64,000 nucleotides of DNA, taken from IMG/VR virus record IMGVR_UViG_3300008267_000028. The stretch is one strand, 5' to 3'. Positions 41,796-52,700 of the stretch are shown in pieces. The DNA is from an uncultured virus (IMG/VR IMGVR_UViG_3300008267_000028) (Duplodnaviria; Heunggongvirae; Uroviricota; Caudoviricetes). Positions within the stretch are counted from its first letter, which is position 1, and every line of letters begins with the position of its first letter. Below the pieces are notes generated by a model. The model had not been told where the DNA came from. It ran no database searches and was given only the letters and a program-made list of their open reading frames with translations. The translations under genes were made by a program, and so were the position numbers.

Positions 41796-43007
41796 ATGCC
41801 TGCACCTACTCGGCCCACCCTGCTGATCCGACTCACCCACACGGGCCTCTACGCCGACGGACGCAACAACCCGTCGCCCGTCCAGATCCCGGACCTCGAC
41901 GTTGGATATGAGCGACAGGACCGCAAGGTTCCCGTCTATGTCCCGGCGGGCGGGCATATTGACATCAACGCCTCCAGCCGCTCGATGCTGTCCTTTGAGC
42001 AGGGGGGCATCCAGAAGTTCACCAACGCGGGGCTGATCCGCTCCCAGATGTTCTGGGTCCCAGAGTCCTACGGGACGGCGGGGCTACCTAGTGCGACAGG
42101 CTACCCCGTCGGGACCTTCGTGTGGAATACCGACGAGGACACCGCCTACTGGTCCGATGGGACGGCGTGGACGGTCGGCAAGGCGTACCCTTCGGGTCCC
42201 GCGTCGGGCGATCTCTCGGGAACCTACCCGGCACCCACGGTTGTTCAGATTCAAGGCATCCCCTTCCAAAGCGGGACACCCTCGAACGGCGATGCGGTTC
42301 TCTACAACTCCGCGACAAACCGCTGGGAACACGCCCCCATCCTGTTTTCGGGCGGGCCTCCGGCGGGCGGGGCGTCTGGCGACCTTGGGGGGCTTTACCC
42401 GGCACCCTCCGTGGAGGGACTCCAGCAAAACCCGCTACCCAGCAAGGTCGCCAACGGGTTCCTCAAGCGGAACGCCGCCAACACGGCTTGGGAAGGGGTC
42501 GGCTACGGCTCGACCACCAACACAGTCTGTCAGGGCGACGATGCTCGCTTGTCAGACGCTCGCACTCCCACGGGGACGGCAGGGGGTGACCTCTCCGGGA
42601 CGTTCCCGAACCCCACGGTGGATGGCCTCCAGAACCGACCCGTCGCTGCGACGGCCCCTACGGTCGATGCAGCCCTCACTTGGAATGGTGTGGCATGGGC
42701 ACCGCAGGCAGGAGGGACGCCCTCGGGTGCTTACCCTGTCGTCACCATATCGGCCAACCACTCGGCGTCCGCTTGGCAGGTTGTCCTCGTCAACACGGCG
42801 GCTGGGAACGTCATCGTCACGCTCCCCTTGGCGGCCTCCTGCGTGGGCAAGCCCATCAACGTCAAGAAGGTGAGCGGGGACGGTTACTCCGTGGTCATTG
42901 ACGCACAGGGCGCGGAACTGATCGACGGAGTGGCGTCCTTGACGGTGACTGATCGCTACGTCTGCTCGACGCTGATCTCGGACGGCTCCAACTGGTACAT
43001 CATCTAA
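41796..43007 (+). CDS. virion fibre-like protein
   Basis: N-terminal domain shared with 47390; three GxAxGDLxGx[YF]PxPxV repeats; C-terminal VTLPLA...KK...SDGSNWYII domain. Confidence 0.75.
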   Translation: MPAPTRPTLLIRLTHTGLYADGRNNPSPVQIPDLDVGYERQDRKVPVYVPAGGHIDINASSRSMLSFEQGGIQKFTNAGLIRSQMFWVPESYGTAGLPSATGYPVGTFVWNTDEDTAYWSDGTAWTVGKAYPSGPASGDLSGTYPAPTVVQIQGIPFQSGTPSNGDAVLYNSATNRWEHAPILFSGGPPAGGASGDLGGLYPAPSVEGLQQNPLPSKVANGFLKRNAANTAWEGVGYGSTTNTVCQGDDARLSDARTPTGTAGGDLSGTFPNPTVDGLQNRPVAATAPTVDAALTWNGVAWAPQAGGTPSGAYPVVTISANHSASAWQVVLVNTAAGNVIVTLPLAASCVGKPINVKKVSGDGYSVVIDAQGAELIDGVASLTVTDRYVCSTLISDGSNWYII

Positions 43008-43017
43008 GGGTGCGACA

Positions 43018-44250
43018 ATGACTTACTGGCCGGAAACACGCATCAAGTCCGCGAACTCTGGGAGCGTTGACGCCTTCGCCCGGTGGCGGGTCAGCACGCC
43101 GACGACCTTGTTCGATGCCGTCAACCAGTACGACAACGGCGACCTGTTTTGGAGTACGGCATTGTCGGGGGCCGGTAACGTCCTCCACCTAATGGACGAG
43201 TCGTCCTGCAACCTGACGGTCGGCGGCACGCTCGGGGACAGGGTGGCCCGGCAGACCTACGAGTATTACCGCTACGAGCCGGGCAAGAGTCAACTTGCCA
43301 TCATGTCTGGCACGTTCGGCCCCGCGACGGCGGGCGTCTGCAAGCGGGTCGGGTACTTCGACAACGAGAACGGTTTGTTCTTTGAGCAGACGGGCGCAGG
43401 GATGGCGGTCGTCGTTCGCTCCAAGACGAGCGGCACGCCGTCGGACGCGCTCCGCTACCCGCAAGCCTCATGGAACGTGGACAAGTTGAACGGTGAGGGA
43501 CCGAGCGGCCTGACCCTTCTGCCCGAGAACTCCAACATCTACTGGGTGGACATTGAGTGGCTGGGCGTTGGGCGCGTGCGGTTCGGCATCTGGGGGCCGG
43601 ACGGCTTCCCAGTAGTCTGCCACGAGGAACGGAACGCCAACATCCGTCCGTCCGTTTACATGACGACGGCGGCCCTCCCGCTCCGCTACGAGATCGAGAA
43701 CACGGCAGGCGGCAACGCGGGAGCCTTGAAGCAGATTTGCTCCACCGTTCAGTCGGAGGGTGGTGGTCTGTCGGCCAAGCCCTTCTACTTCGGTTCCAAC
43801 AACATCGCCAATACCAGCGTGACGACTCGCCGGGCGGTCTTTTCGATCCGGCCCAAGCTGACTTTCAACGGTGCGACGAACCGGGTCCGCATTGTCCCGC
43901 AAGACATCGGCCTGATCGTGACGACCAACGACGCCTTGTGGGAACTTGTTTATGACCCGTCATTTACGGGGTCACCCACTTGGTCGCCAGCAGACACGCA
44001 CTCGTCCGTCGAGTTCTCAACCCATACGGTCGGGGCTGGCGTCCTGACAGGGGGGATTGTGGTGGCAAGCGGTTTCGCGCCAGCCGCACAGGGCAGTTTC
44101 GCCAAGTTTGAGGCACAAAAGTTCGATTTCAAATATCCGATCACACTCGACATCAACGGTGCGAACCCGAAGGCACTATCGCTGGTTTGCACGAGTCTGA
44201 ACAACACCGCGAACGTGAAGGCTCTGATGAACTGGGCCGAGATCAGATAA
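43018..44250 (+). CDS. conserved phage structural-region protein
   Basis: DAFARWRVS, Y.PGKSQ, GYFD..NG.FFE, WN.DKL.G.GPSG, EWLGVGRVRFG motifs. Confidence 0.75.
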   Translation: MTYWPETRIKSANSGSVDAFARWRVSTPTTLFDAVNQYDNGDLFWSTALSGAGNVLHLMDESSCNLTVGGTLGDRVARQTYEYYRYEPGKSQLAIMSGTFGPATAGVCKRVGYFDNENGLFFEQTGAGMAVVVRSKTSGTPSDALRYPQASWNVDKLNGEGPSGLTLLPENSNIYWVDIEWLGVGRVRFGIWGPDGFPVVCHEERNANIRPSVYMTTAALPLRYEIENTAGGNAGALKQICSTVQSEGGGLSAKPFYFGSNNIANTSVTTRRAVFSIRPKLTFNGATNRVRIVPQDIGLIVTTNDALWELVYDPSFTGSPTWSPADTHSSVEFSTHTVGAGVLTGGIVVASGFAPAAQGSFAKFEAQKFDFKYPITLDINGANPKALSLVCTSLNNTANVKALMNWAEIR

Positions 44251-44281
44251 ATCCGCACTACCAACCACGAGGAAAAGCCCC

Positions 44282-44716
44282 ATGAAGGTCACGAACATCT
44301 CCCCTAACCCGATCTACCTGCGCGACCTCAAGTTCGTCCCGCAGGCCCAGACAGAAGGCCGTCGCGGCGAGGACCGATACCTCGCTCCGGGCGGTTCGGT
44401 CTATCTGTTGAACACCTCGCAGGTCCTTCGGTCGGCCTACGAGGGCGACCTCCGAGCGTGGCTTGAGGCTGGCGTCATCAGCCTCGACGACACCGTGACG
44501 CTCGCGGGGGGTGCCTCGACGACCCTACAGCACAACTTCGGGTTCGCGCCCGTCGTCCACGTTCTCAAGAAGGTCGGCGCGGATTGGGTGGACGCGACCG
44601 GCACGTTCGACGCCGTTCACACGGTCACGCCCGGTCTGACCCCGCAGGTGTTCGTGGCTGTTGAGGTCACGAACACGACGGGTGGCCCGCTCAACTTCCA
44701 CATCCGTTTGGCCTAA
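44282..44716 (+). CDS. small virion protein, distantly related to the 41796/47390 N-domain
   Basis: PIYLRDL...YLAPGGSV..SQVLRSAYEGDL...GVI. Confidence 0.65.
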   Translation: MKVTNISPNPIYLRDLKFVPQAQTEGRRGEDRYLAPGGSVYLLNTSQVLRSAYEGDLRAWLEAGVISLDDTVTLAGGASTTLQHNFGFAPVVHVLKKVGADWVDATGTFDAVHTVTPGLTPQVFVAVEVTNTTGGPLNFHIRLA

Positions 44717-44729
44717 AGGAGTTTGTCGA

Positions 44730-46895
44730 ATGTCAATCTCTACTGACGGTTTCGGCACAATCGTTGCAGGACTAGAACTTGGCGGTGGGGGTGGCACCGT
44801 CATCCCGGCTGGCGGGACTATTGAGGGCGTCGTGAACGGCAGCCTTCTTTGCGAAGGCTCTGTCACGTTGACGGGCGATCTTGAGGTCAACGGGTCCATG
44901 CTCGTCCTCGGGGGCTTCACGAACAACGGCGGCTACGAGGTCACGGTCCGGGGCGACCTCCACGCCAAGGAAATCTTCTTCGACCGCGCCGACAAGTCCT
45001 TGCCTCAGTCAAACTTCACGGTCGATGGCGACCTGATCTTCACGCTCATGGAGTTCGACCAATGCGGCGGGGCGGCGGCCCAGTTGCGCGTGGGTGGCGA
45101 CCTGATCGGTTCCTCCGGGGCCAGCGGGACTTTTATCAACGCCAACGGCGTGTGGGAAGGTACGCCGGGCCTGAACATCCTTGTCTATGGCGACCTGACC
45201 GTGGCTGGCCTTGATCTGGAAGGTTTTAGCGTGGATGAAGGGACAGCAGGGAACGGCGGCACCTGTTACGTCTATGGTACGGCGAACATCTGGAACGCCG
45301 CGAGGTTGTCAGGTGGTATCTGCGGTACTGGCAACGCCGGTAACGGCGGCACGCTGGAAGTCTGGGGCGACCTGTCGGCAGGCTACGCCCTCGTGCAGGT
45401 GACGGGCGGGGCCGCGTATTCCGAGTTTTCTGGTCACGCGGGTAACGGCGGCCATTTCTACGTTGGCGGGAACGCGACCGTCGATGAACTTGAGGTCTAT
45501 GGCGGGTCCTGCGGGTCCAACAACGCAAACTACAACAGCGGTTCTGGCGGCGAAGTGGACGTGGACGGCAGCCTCACGGTCAACTCCTACATGAACATAA
45601 GCGGTGGCGACCGCTACGGCACCCTGTCTGAAAGTGGGGGAGGCACTTACCAACCGAACGGCGGCCTGTTGTACGTCGATGGCGACCTTATCGTGGACGG
45701 TGACTTTTCTGGCCGGGGCGGTTCTATCGAAACCGTCGATTACGCGCCCCACAACGCCGGGAATGGTTCGGAAGTGTACGTCCGTGGAAACCTCGTTTGC
45801 TCGGACGACTTCCGCGCAAACGGGGGTGGTGGTCAGTACGCCAACGGCGGAAATGGTGGGCAACTCCGGGTGGAAGGCGACCTGACCGTTGACGACGAAC
45901 TAGAGTTCTACGGTGGCAGCAGTTACTCTAGCGGGACTAGCGGGACTGCTGGTGATGCCTTGTATATGGACGTGTACGGTAATGCGAACATCGGGTACAT
46001 GAGCTTTACCGGGGGGTACGGGGGCGGGGCGAGTGGTGGCAGCGGCGGCTTCGTTGACGTTCGCGGAACCCTGCTCATCAAAGAATGGGCCGGGGTAAGT
46101 GGCGGCTCTTGTGACTCTGCCAACTTTAGCCATCGGGCAGGGAACGCAGGTTCCATTACCTGTAATGGGTTGACGGCAGCCGACGCCAACGTTCTTCTGT
46201 ACGGCGGCGACCGCTACGGCACCACAACCGCAGCGGCGGCCAACTATTCAGCCAACGGGGGCCAACTGTTCTGCCGGGGAATGGCAAAGGGAAGTTTCTC
46301 CGCGAACGGCGGGTCGGTCTATACGAACTACCCGAACGCCCCCGGTGGGCAGGGGGGTAACATCGTCATACAGGGCAACTACCAAGGAGACTCGATCTCT
46401 CTCAACGGCGGCAGCAGCGCGGGCGCAAACGGGGGCCAAGGCGGTAACCTCCGCATTTATGGGATGGCGGCCCTTTATGGCTGCTACGCGGACGGCGGTA
46501 ACTCGGATAACTCTAGTGGGGTTGGTGGTGATGCGGGTACGAACGGCCCCGGTGGACGAGTGTGGTTTGAGTCCGGCGTGTCGGCTGGCACGGTGTCCGT
46601 GGTGGACGGGACGGGACCGGGCGCTGCGCCCTCTGTTTGGAGCCACGTCCGCTTGAACGGAAGCTGTGCCATCGGGGAACTTAACGCATCGAACCGCACA
46701 GACAGTTGGATTTACCAGTACGGTGGGAGGCCGGTGACCCTGCGCGTGACCTCGATGCCAACCAAGACCACCCTGAACGACGAGTTTGGGAACGCGACGG
46801 ACGACATTTCGACGTACCTCGACAACAGCATCTTCCTCGCAGGTACTTCGTCCATTTGGTCCAAGATCACCGGCACTTCCATCATGCCTGCCTAA
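44730..46895 (+). CDS. glycine-rich repeat protein (putative beta-solenoid fibre)
   Basis: Recurrent GNGGxLxVxGDLxV units; AAGGAG SD. Confidence 0.8.
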   Translation: MSISTDGFGTIVAGLELGGGGGTVIPAGGTIEGVVNGSLLCEGSVTLTGDLEVNGSMLVLGGFTNNGGYEVTVRGDLHAKEIFFDRADKSLPQSNFTVDGDLIFTLMEFDQCGGAAAQLRVGGDLIGSSGASGTFINANGVWEGTPGLNILVYGDLTVAGLDLEGFSVDEGTAGNGGTCYVYGTANIWNAARLSGGICGTGNAGNGGTLEVWGDLSAGYALVQVTGGAAYSEFSGHAGNGGHFYVGGNATVDELEVYGGSCGSNNANYNSGSGGEVDVDGSLTVNSYMNISGGDRYGTLSESGGGTYQPNGGLLYVDGDLIVDGDFSGRGGSIETVDYAPHNAGNGSEVYVRGNLVCSDDFRANGGGGQYANGGNGGQLRVEGDLTVDDELEFYGGSSYSSGTSGTAGDALYMDVYGNANIGYMSFTGGYGGGASGGSGGFVDVRGTLLIKEWAGVSGGSCDSANFSHRAGNAGSITCNGLTAADANVLLYGGDRYGTTTAAAANYSANGGQLFCRGMAKGSFSANGGSVYTNYPNAPGGQGGNIVIQGNYQGDSISLNGGSSAGANGGQGGNLRIYGMAALYGCYADGGNSDNSSGVGGDAGTNGPGGRVWFESGVSAGTVSVVDGTGPGAAPSVWSHVRLNGSCAIGELNASNRTDSWIYQYGGRPVTLRVTSMPTKTTLNDEFGNATDDISTYLDNSIFLAGTSSIWSKITGTSIMPA

Positions 46896-46907
46896 CGCGG
46901 AGACACC

Positions 46908-47308
46908 ATGCCGAAAGTTTTTTACGTCGTGAACAAGCAGACCACCGAAGTCCTGAACCAGAAGGGCGGGTGGAGTGAAAGACTGACCTCGTACCGACTG
47001 GCCGAGTTCGCCACCGAGGAAGCCGCCAAGGCTGCCTTCCCGGCAGGTGTCCCGTGCGAAGTCACGGCTCGCAACAAGAAGGAGACTGACAAGTGAGTGC
47101 GCCCACCTACCAGTATTTCCTGCAAAAGAGAAACCTGTTCCTCGACAAGACGGACACGTTCAAGGCTCCTGCCCTACGTCACCCGGACGCCAAGCCCTTC
47201 GACACGGAGGCCGCTGCGCTCGACAAGGCCGAGGCGATGGGCCTGAACCTCGACAGCATCTACGTCGTGAAGGCCAAGAAGCGCGAGGACGCGCCGAAGC
47301 CCAGCTAG
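46908..47308 (+). CDS. two small hypothetical genes (46908-47096, 47093-47308)
   Basis: Coupled ORFs, both with an F.TE.AA motif. Confidence 0.65.
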
Positions 47309-47332
47309 AAACCAGCACGAAAACGCACGAGA

Positions 47333-47369
47333 GGCGGGAGGGTCTGATTGGCCCTCCCGCCCTTTTTTT
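47333..47369 (+). terminator. intrinsic terminator
   Basis: GGCGGGAGGG-TCTGATTGG-CCCTCCCGCC followed by CTTTTTTT. Confidence 0.85.
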
Positions 47370-47389
47370 GTTGATAACCACGCCTTGGT

Positions 47390-48163
47390 ATGCCGAACGC
47401 CCCTCGCTCCTCCTTGTTCTTCCGTCTGACCCACACGGGTCGCCACGCAGACGGACGCATCAACCCCTCCCCCGTCCAAATCCCGGACCTCGATGTTGGC
47501 TACGAGTACCAACATCGGAAGGTCCCTGTGTACGTCCCTGTCGGGGGGTTCATCGACATCATAGCCTCCTCTCGCTCGATGTTGTCTTTCGAGCAGGGAG
47601 CGATCCTCAAGTTCACGAACGCTGGGCTGATCGAGTCCCAGATGTTCTACGTTCCAGAGTCTTTCACAACTGCGGAACTGCCCGACCCCCACAAGTACCC
47701 CGTCGGTACCTTCGTGTGGAACCTGACTGAAAATGCGGCCTATTGGTCGGATGGTGCGGCATGGGTAGCGGGGGGTAGTGGCGGGGGCGGTGGTGGCACG
47801 CTCGTAACGACGCCCGAACTAGGTGAGGTTGAGGCCCCGGACGGTCCGTACCCGTCGATCCAAGAGGGGTACCCGACGGCTCTCTCGGGTGGCAGCCTCA
47901 TCCCTGCCGACGCGACCTCCTCTGCGACCGCCCCTGTCATTGGGTTTTATACGGGCATCTCGACCAACCGTATTCGCACGTCGGGCCTATTCACCGACAT
48001 ACCTAGCGTCTCGTTCACGCCTGGTGCCGACCTATGGTTGGCGGTGGGAGGGGGCTTCACGGAAACGCCCCCCAACGCGGTGGGCCAAGTCTCGCAATAC
48101 CTTGGACAAGCTGTGTCGGCCAACTCGTTTTTTGCGGCCCTTGAACTGGCTATCCAACTCTAG
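47390..48163 (+). CDS. virion protein, paralog of 41796 (N-terminal ~125 aa)
   Basis: Near-identical RLTHTG..ADGR.NPSPVQIPDLDVGYE...; C-terminal TPGADLWLA..GG.T.TPP domain. Confidence 0.8.
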   Translation: MPNAPRSSLFFRLTHTGRHADGRINPSPVQIPDLDVGYEYQHRKVPVYVPVGGFIDIIASSRSMLSFEQGAILKFTNAGLIESQMFYVPESFTTAELPDPHKYPVGTFVWNLTENAAYWSDGAAWVAGGSGGGGGGTLVTTPELGEVEAPDGPYPSIQEGYPTALSGGSLIPADATSSATAPVIGFYTGISTNRIRTSGLFTDIPSVSFTPGADLWLAVGGGFTETPPNAVGQVSQYLGQAVSANSFFAALELAIQL

Positions 48164-48171
48164 GGGACACC

Positions 48172-49728
48172 ATGCCTTTTCTGACCAACAAGATACTGAT
48201 TCTCGACAACGGGCGGTATCGTCGCATCCAGCCGACCGATGACCTAGAGATGTCGGGGCAGTTCAAGGCCAGCTACCTTTACGGCGACGGTAGCAACCTC
48301 ACGAACTTGAACGCCTCCGAGTTGAAAAGTGGCTCGATTCTGGACAGCCTTTTGTCCACGAACGTCGCCAAGTACGGCGATGCGACCCCCACGTTCACCA
48401 ACACGGTCAAGGCCAACAAGTTCGATGGTGATGGATCGCTGCTCACGAGTCTGCCCGCTGGTCAGGTTACAGGGGCGGGCGCACTATCGGACACCGTTCT
48501 AAGCACCAACATCCCTCGACTGAACGCCATCAAGAACGACTTTGCGGGCGACATGACCGTTCAAGGGTCAATGACCGTCGAGGGGGACTTTCTCACAAAA
48601 AGCCGAACCAGCCTGATTGTCGGTGACAACTTCATCGACCTGCTCGCCGGTAACACGGACACGGCCATCGACGAGGCCGGTGGGTTTACGGTCAATGCGC
48701 GTGCGGTCACGGGTACGGTCAGGTCTGCAACGGACTTCGTTGCAGCGGACGGGCCGAACAACGCTTACCTGCTTCTGCTGACCGATCCCGTTGGCACCTA
48801 CCAGACCGGCGACGTCATCCAAGTCACCAGCACGGCCGACGGGCGTAACGACGGCCAGTACGTCGTGTTGTCGGTGGACTCGGCCGACAACCGCGTGACC
48901 ATCAAGGGGACAGGCGCGACGGGCATCGCGGCGTGGACCCCGTTCGTCCACAAGAACTTTGTGCCCCAGACCCTACAGAACGCCTTTATCTCAAAGGTCA
49001 ACCTCGCCGTAGTCTCCACGTCGAACGGCCACCTGTACGATGTGACGTCCAAGCTGATCCCCGTCGGGACGCTGGCCTGCAACTACCAAGAAGCGGCCAC
49101 CGAGGCATCTTTCCAGAACACTTGGATAAACCTCGACGCCGCTGCCGTCATCACGCTGCAAATCGCCTACAATAACGGCAGCCTCATCGAAACGACGACG
49201 GCCAAGGGCGACTTCCGAGTTCAACCCGCCGCCCTACAGACGGCGGGCTTCGCCCTACAGGGTAACTCGGCGTCGTCCTTGAAAGCCACCGATGGGGCGA
49301 CTCTGACGGTCGGTGACTCGACCCTCGCAAGTCCTACCGAGATGGTGGGACGTATCACGCTGCCGAGTGGTGGCACGTTGATGACCGAACAAGAGTCCAC
49401 GTCGGGCGACCAGTACGAGATCATCTACTTCAAGGACAGCGTGGACAAGGGGACGCCCGCAGCCGCGTCCGTCACGGACATTGTGCCGATTGGTCCGCGT
49501 GCGACGGCGACCCGCGCCTCGACAATCTACGGCTCCAAGGTGGTCATCAAGACCACAGGGGCCGTGACGGCCGGTTCCCGTATGTACCTGTCTGCAACGC
49601 CGGGAGCGGCCCGCGTGGGCGCACCCGCGTCGGGCGAGATTTGGCTGCTTGGGAAGTGTGAAGAAGTCCTCCCAGGCGACCTTTGCACGTTGACGTGGAC
49701 CCCCCAATACATCACGACCGTTCCCTAA
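48172..49728 (+). CDS. tail/head fibre-like protein
   Basis: GDGSNLTNL repeats, VGDNFIDL, YLSATPG motifs. Confidence 0.75.
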   Translation: MPFLTNKILILDNGRYRRIQPTDDLEMSGQFKASYLYGDGSNLTNLNASELKSGSILDSLLSTNVAKYGDATPTFTNTVKANKFDGDGSLLTSLPAGQVTGAGALSDTVLSTNIPRLNAIKNDFAGDMTVQGSMTVEGDFLTKSRTSLIVGDNFIDLLAGNTDTAIDEAGGFTVNARAVTGTVRSATDFVAADGPNNAYLLLLTDPVGTYQTGDVIQVTSTADGRNDGQYVVLSVDSADNRVTIKGTGATGIAAWTPFVHKNFVPQTLQNAFISKVNLAVVSTSNGHLYDVTSKLIPVGTLACNYQEAATEASFQNTWINLDAAAVITLQIAYNNGSLIETTTAKGDFRVQPAALQTAGFALQGNSASSLKATDGATLTVGDSTLASPTEMVGRITLPSGGTLMTEQESTSGDQYEIIYFKDSVDKGTPAAASVTDIVPIGPRATATRASTIYGSKVVIKTTGAVTAGSRMYLSATPGAARVGAPASGEIWLLGKCEEVLPGDLCTLTWTPQYITTVP

Positions 49729-49740
49729 CGAGGCATCCAG

Positions 49741-52700
49741 ATGTCTAAACACGTCACGCTTTACTCAGAGGGTAAGACTTCCCCGCTCGGCGGCGCGGCC
49801 GACAACGACATCCTTACTTGGGACGCTACGAGTGAGGAGTGGCAATCGAAACCGCCGCCCGTCAAGGTGCTGAAAGGCTCCCTGTACGTTGCGAAGAACG
49901 GCTCTGATCTTCAAGGTCTGGGTGACGGCAGTATCGGCAAGCCGTTCCTGACCATCCAGAAGGCGCTCGACGCCGCATCATCGTTGTTCGCCGTGGGGGA
50001 GCCGGTAGCCATCACGGTCATGCCCGGCACCTACGGGGACGCCTTCCAGATCACCCGCTACAACACGTTCCTCGTCGGCATGGGTAGCCGCCCCGAGGAC
50101 ACGGCCTGCACGAACATCAACTACCCTGTGGTGGTGAACTGCGCGGGGGCATCGTCGGCCGACAACCATCAGGTCGGCATCCACGGCTGCTACCTGAACA
50201 CGACCGACAACTTCCCTGCCCTGACCGTCGCGGGCACGGGTTCGTTCACGGTCACGGTCACCGCTTCCTACCTGACGACCAACAACTCGGGGACGGACGC
50301 CAACGCGCTACGCTGCACGAACGCCAACGCTCGCCTGCTGGTGTCCGACTCCACCCTGACCGTTCAAGCCAGCACGCTAGTGACCGGCCCCGACATCCTT
50401 AGCCTGACCTCTGGTTCGGGTTCGTTTGAGAACGTACAGGTTTCGCACGGTGCGGGAGTGTCTCTCGCACACGCAGGCCGCGCCTTCACGATTGGGGGCG
50501 GGGCGTCTTTGGCCTGCCGACGAGTCCGTGTGGTGACTCGGACGCTTGGCCCGCAGATCAGCTTGGTCGCACCTTGGACGTCGGTGGCTCCCAAGTTCCT
50601 GTTTGTGAACTCGGAGTTGACGGCAGAGACGGACAGCGGCGGTGATGGCATCACGTCGAACGTGACGCCCGCTGGAAACGCTGTCACGGCTTTCCTGCTC
50701 AACTCCTACTTTAGCATCACGGCTGCCGCGCAGGTGTTCAACGGTACCGCCAACGGCCGTGTCGTGTATGGCAGCTTGTCGTTTGCGAGCGGGAGCGGCA
50801 AAGAGATTGTCGGCACGGTAGTTCCGATGGACGAGAAGTTCGGCAACGCGACCATCGAGAATCTGTATCTGTTGAATCAGACGATCTCGCGCCCGCTCAA
50901 GCTGGGGGCTGACCGCAAGGTGACAGCGGACCAGATCGACCTCGGCAGTACAAGCGATGTAACCGGCAAGGTACGGCCTGCCAACATCTACGGCGAGGGC
51001 GTCACGCCCGGGTACGCACTCGTCACAGACGGAACAACCGTGTCGTGGGCGAGCGTGGCGGCCGGTGGCACCGTCACGCAGGTCGCGGCTGGGATCGGCC
51101 TCCAGATCGGGGATGGTACAGGCGGGACCAGCTTCACAACGTCGGGGACGATAAACCTCAAGAACACGGGCGTTCCGGCTGGGTCATACGGAACGACCAC
51201 GCAGATTCCAACCTTTACGGTCAACGCGCAGGGGCAGCTTACGGCTGCGGGATACGTCACGCCGACTCTATCGGGTGACGTGTCGGGTGGCTTTGGGGCC
51301 ACGAGCGTCAACAAGATCAAGGGCAGGACCGTCAATAACAACGCGCCGACGGTCGGCCAAGTTATGACGTGGCTACCTGGCGGCGAATGGGGTCCCGCTG
51401 ACTCGGCAGGCGGGGGTGGTGGCGGCGGGGGTGGTGGCTACACCTACTACCTGAACTACAACGTGGGTGGAGACACGTCCGACACGTTTGCCCTGCCCAA
51501 CCCCGCCGACAAGCAACTGTCCCTGACCTACAACGCGGGCACTCAGGTGACGGCCTCGACGGCTGCCACCACCCTGACCTACTCGTTCCTTGCCGAGTTC
51601 ATAACGGACGTAGGTGACCCAGGACAAACCACCATCCCGCCTGGTATCTGGGAGGTGGGTGTCTTTGCACGATCCAGCGTGGCTTACGGCGTGTTCGTGC
51701 GTGCCCAACTCTACAAGTGGGATGGCGCGACAGGGACTCCGACCGCCATTGGCAACCCCTCCGACGATACGGAGGTCACGAGTTCGGCCGCAACCCCCGA
51801 GATGCTGAACATCTCGTGGTTCGTTCCGTCCGCTGACGTGGGGGCAGACGAGCGCCTCTACATCCGTCTGGAAGTCATCAAGACCGTGGCCGACCCTCGG
51901 ACCGTCACGGTCTACTTCGAGGGTTCCTATCCCTCGCACGTCCACACGACCTTCTCGGCCCCAGGTGGTTCCGGCCTCCTGCGAGTTCTCAACGGTATCG
52001 TGCAGGACCCTGCCAGCCCGTTGAACGACGGCGACATCGGAGATGGCACGATCTCCGTCGTCAAACTCGCCAACCCTGGTGCGCCCCTGCCGGGCAGTCC
52101 GAACCTTGTTCTGACGATTGACCCGGCTACCGAAGAAACCATCTGGGATGCTCTCGACCTAGCAGGGTCGGTCAAGAACACGCTCGGGGTTGGGCATGGC
52201 GGTACGGGCCTCTCGACCGTGGCAGCCGGTAGCCTCCTGTACGCCTCGTTGCTCGACACGGTGGCGGCCCTGCCTATTGGCACGGCCGGACAGATTCTCA
52301 CGGTGGAGTTGGGCCTCCCCAAGTGGAAGGATGCGACGGCGGGTGGCACCGTCACGCAGGTCACGGCCGGTACGGGTCTGAAAGTTGGCGACGGTACGGG
52401 CGGGACCAGCTTCACGACCTTCGGGACCCTGAACCTCGACTTCGGGCAGGTGAGCGGGAAGGCCGCGCAGGGTAACGACAACCGTTTTGCTCCGATTCCC
52501 GTGAGCGGGGTGGGAGCGGGGCGTATCGTATTCGACAAGGGTGACGGAACCTATACGGTCCTGACGAACGGCTCGACCGGCGAAGTGCTGGTCGCGCAGA
52601 CCAACGCGGCCCCTCAATGGAGCAGCGCGGTTGGATCGGGTACGGTCACGAGCGTCAGTATTGCAACGGCTTCCGCGTCCTACGCAACGATTGCAACGGC

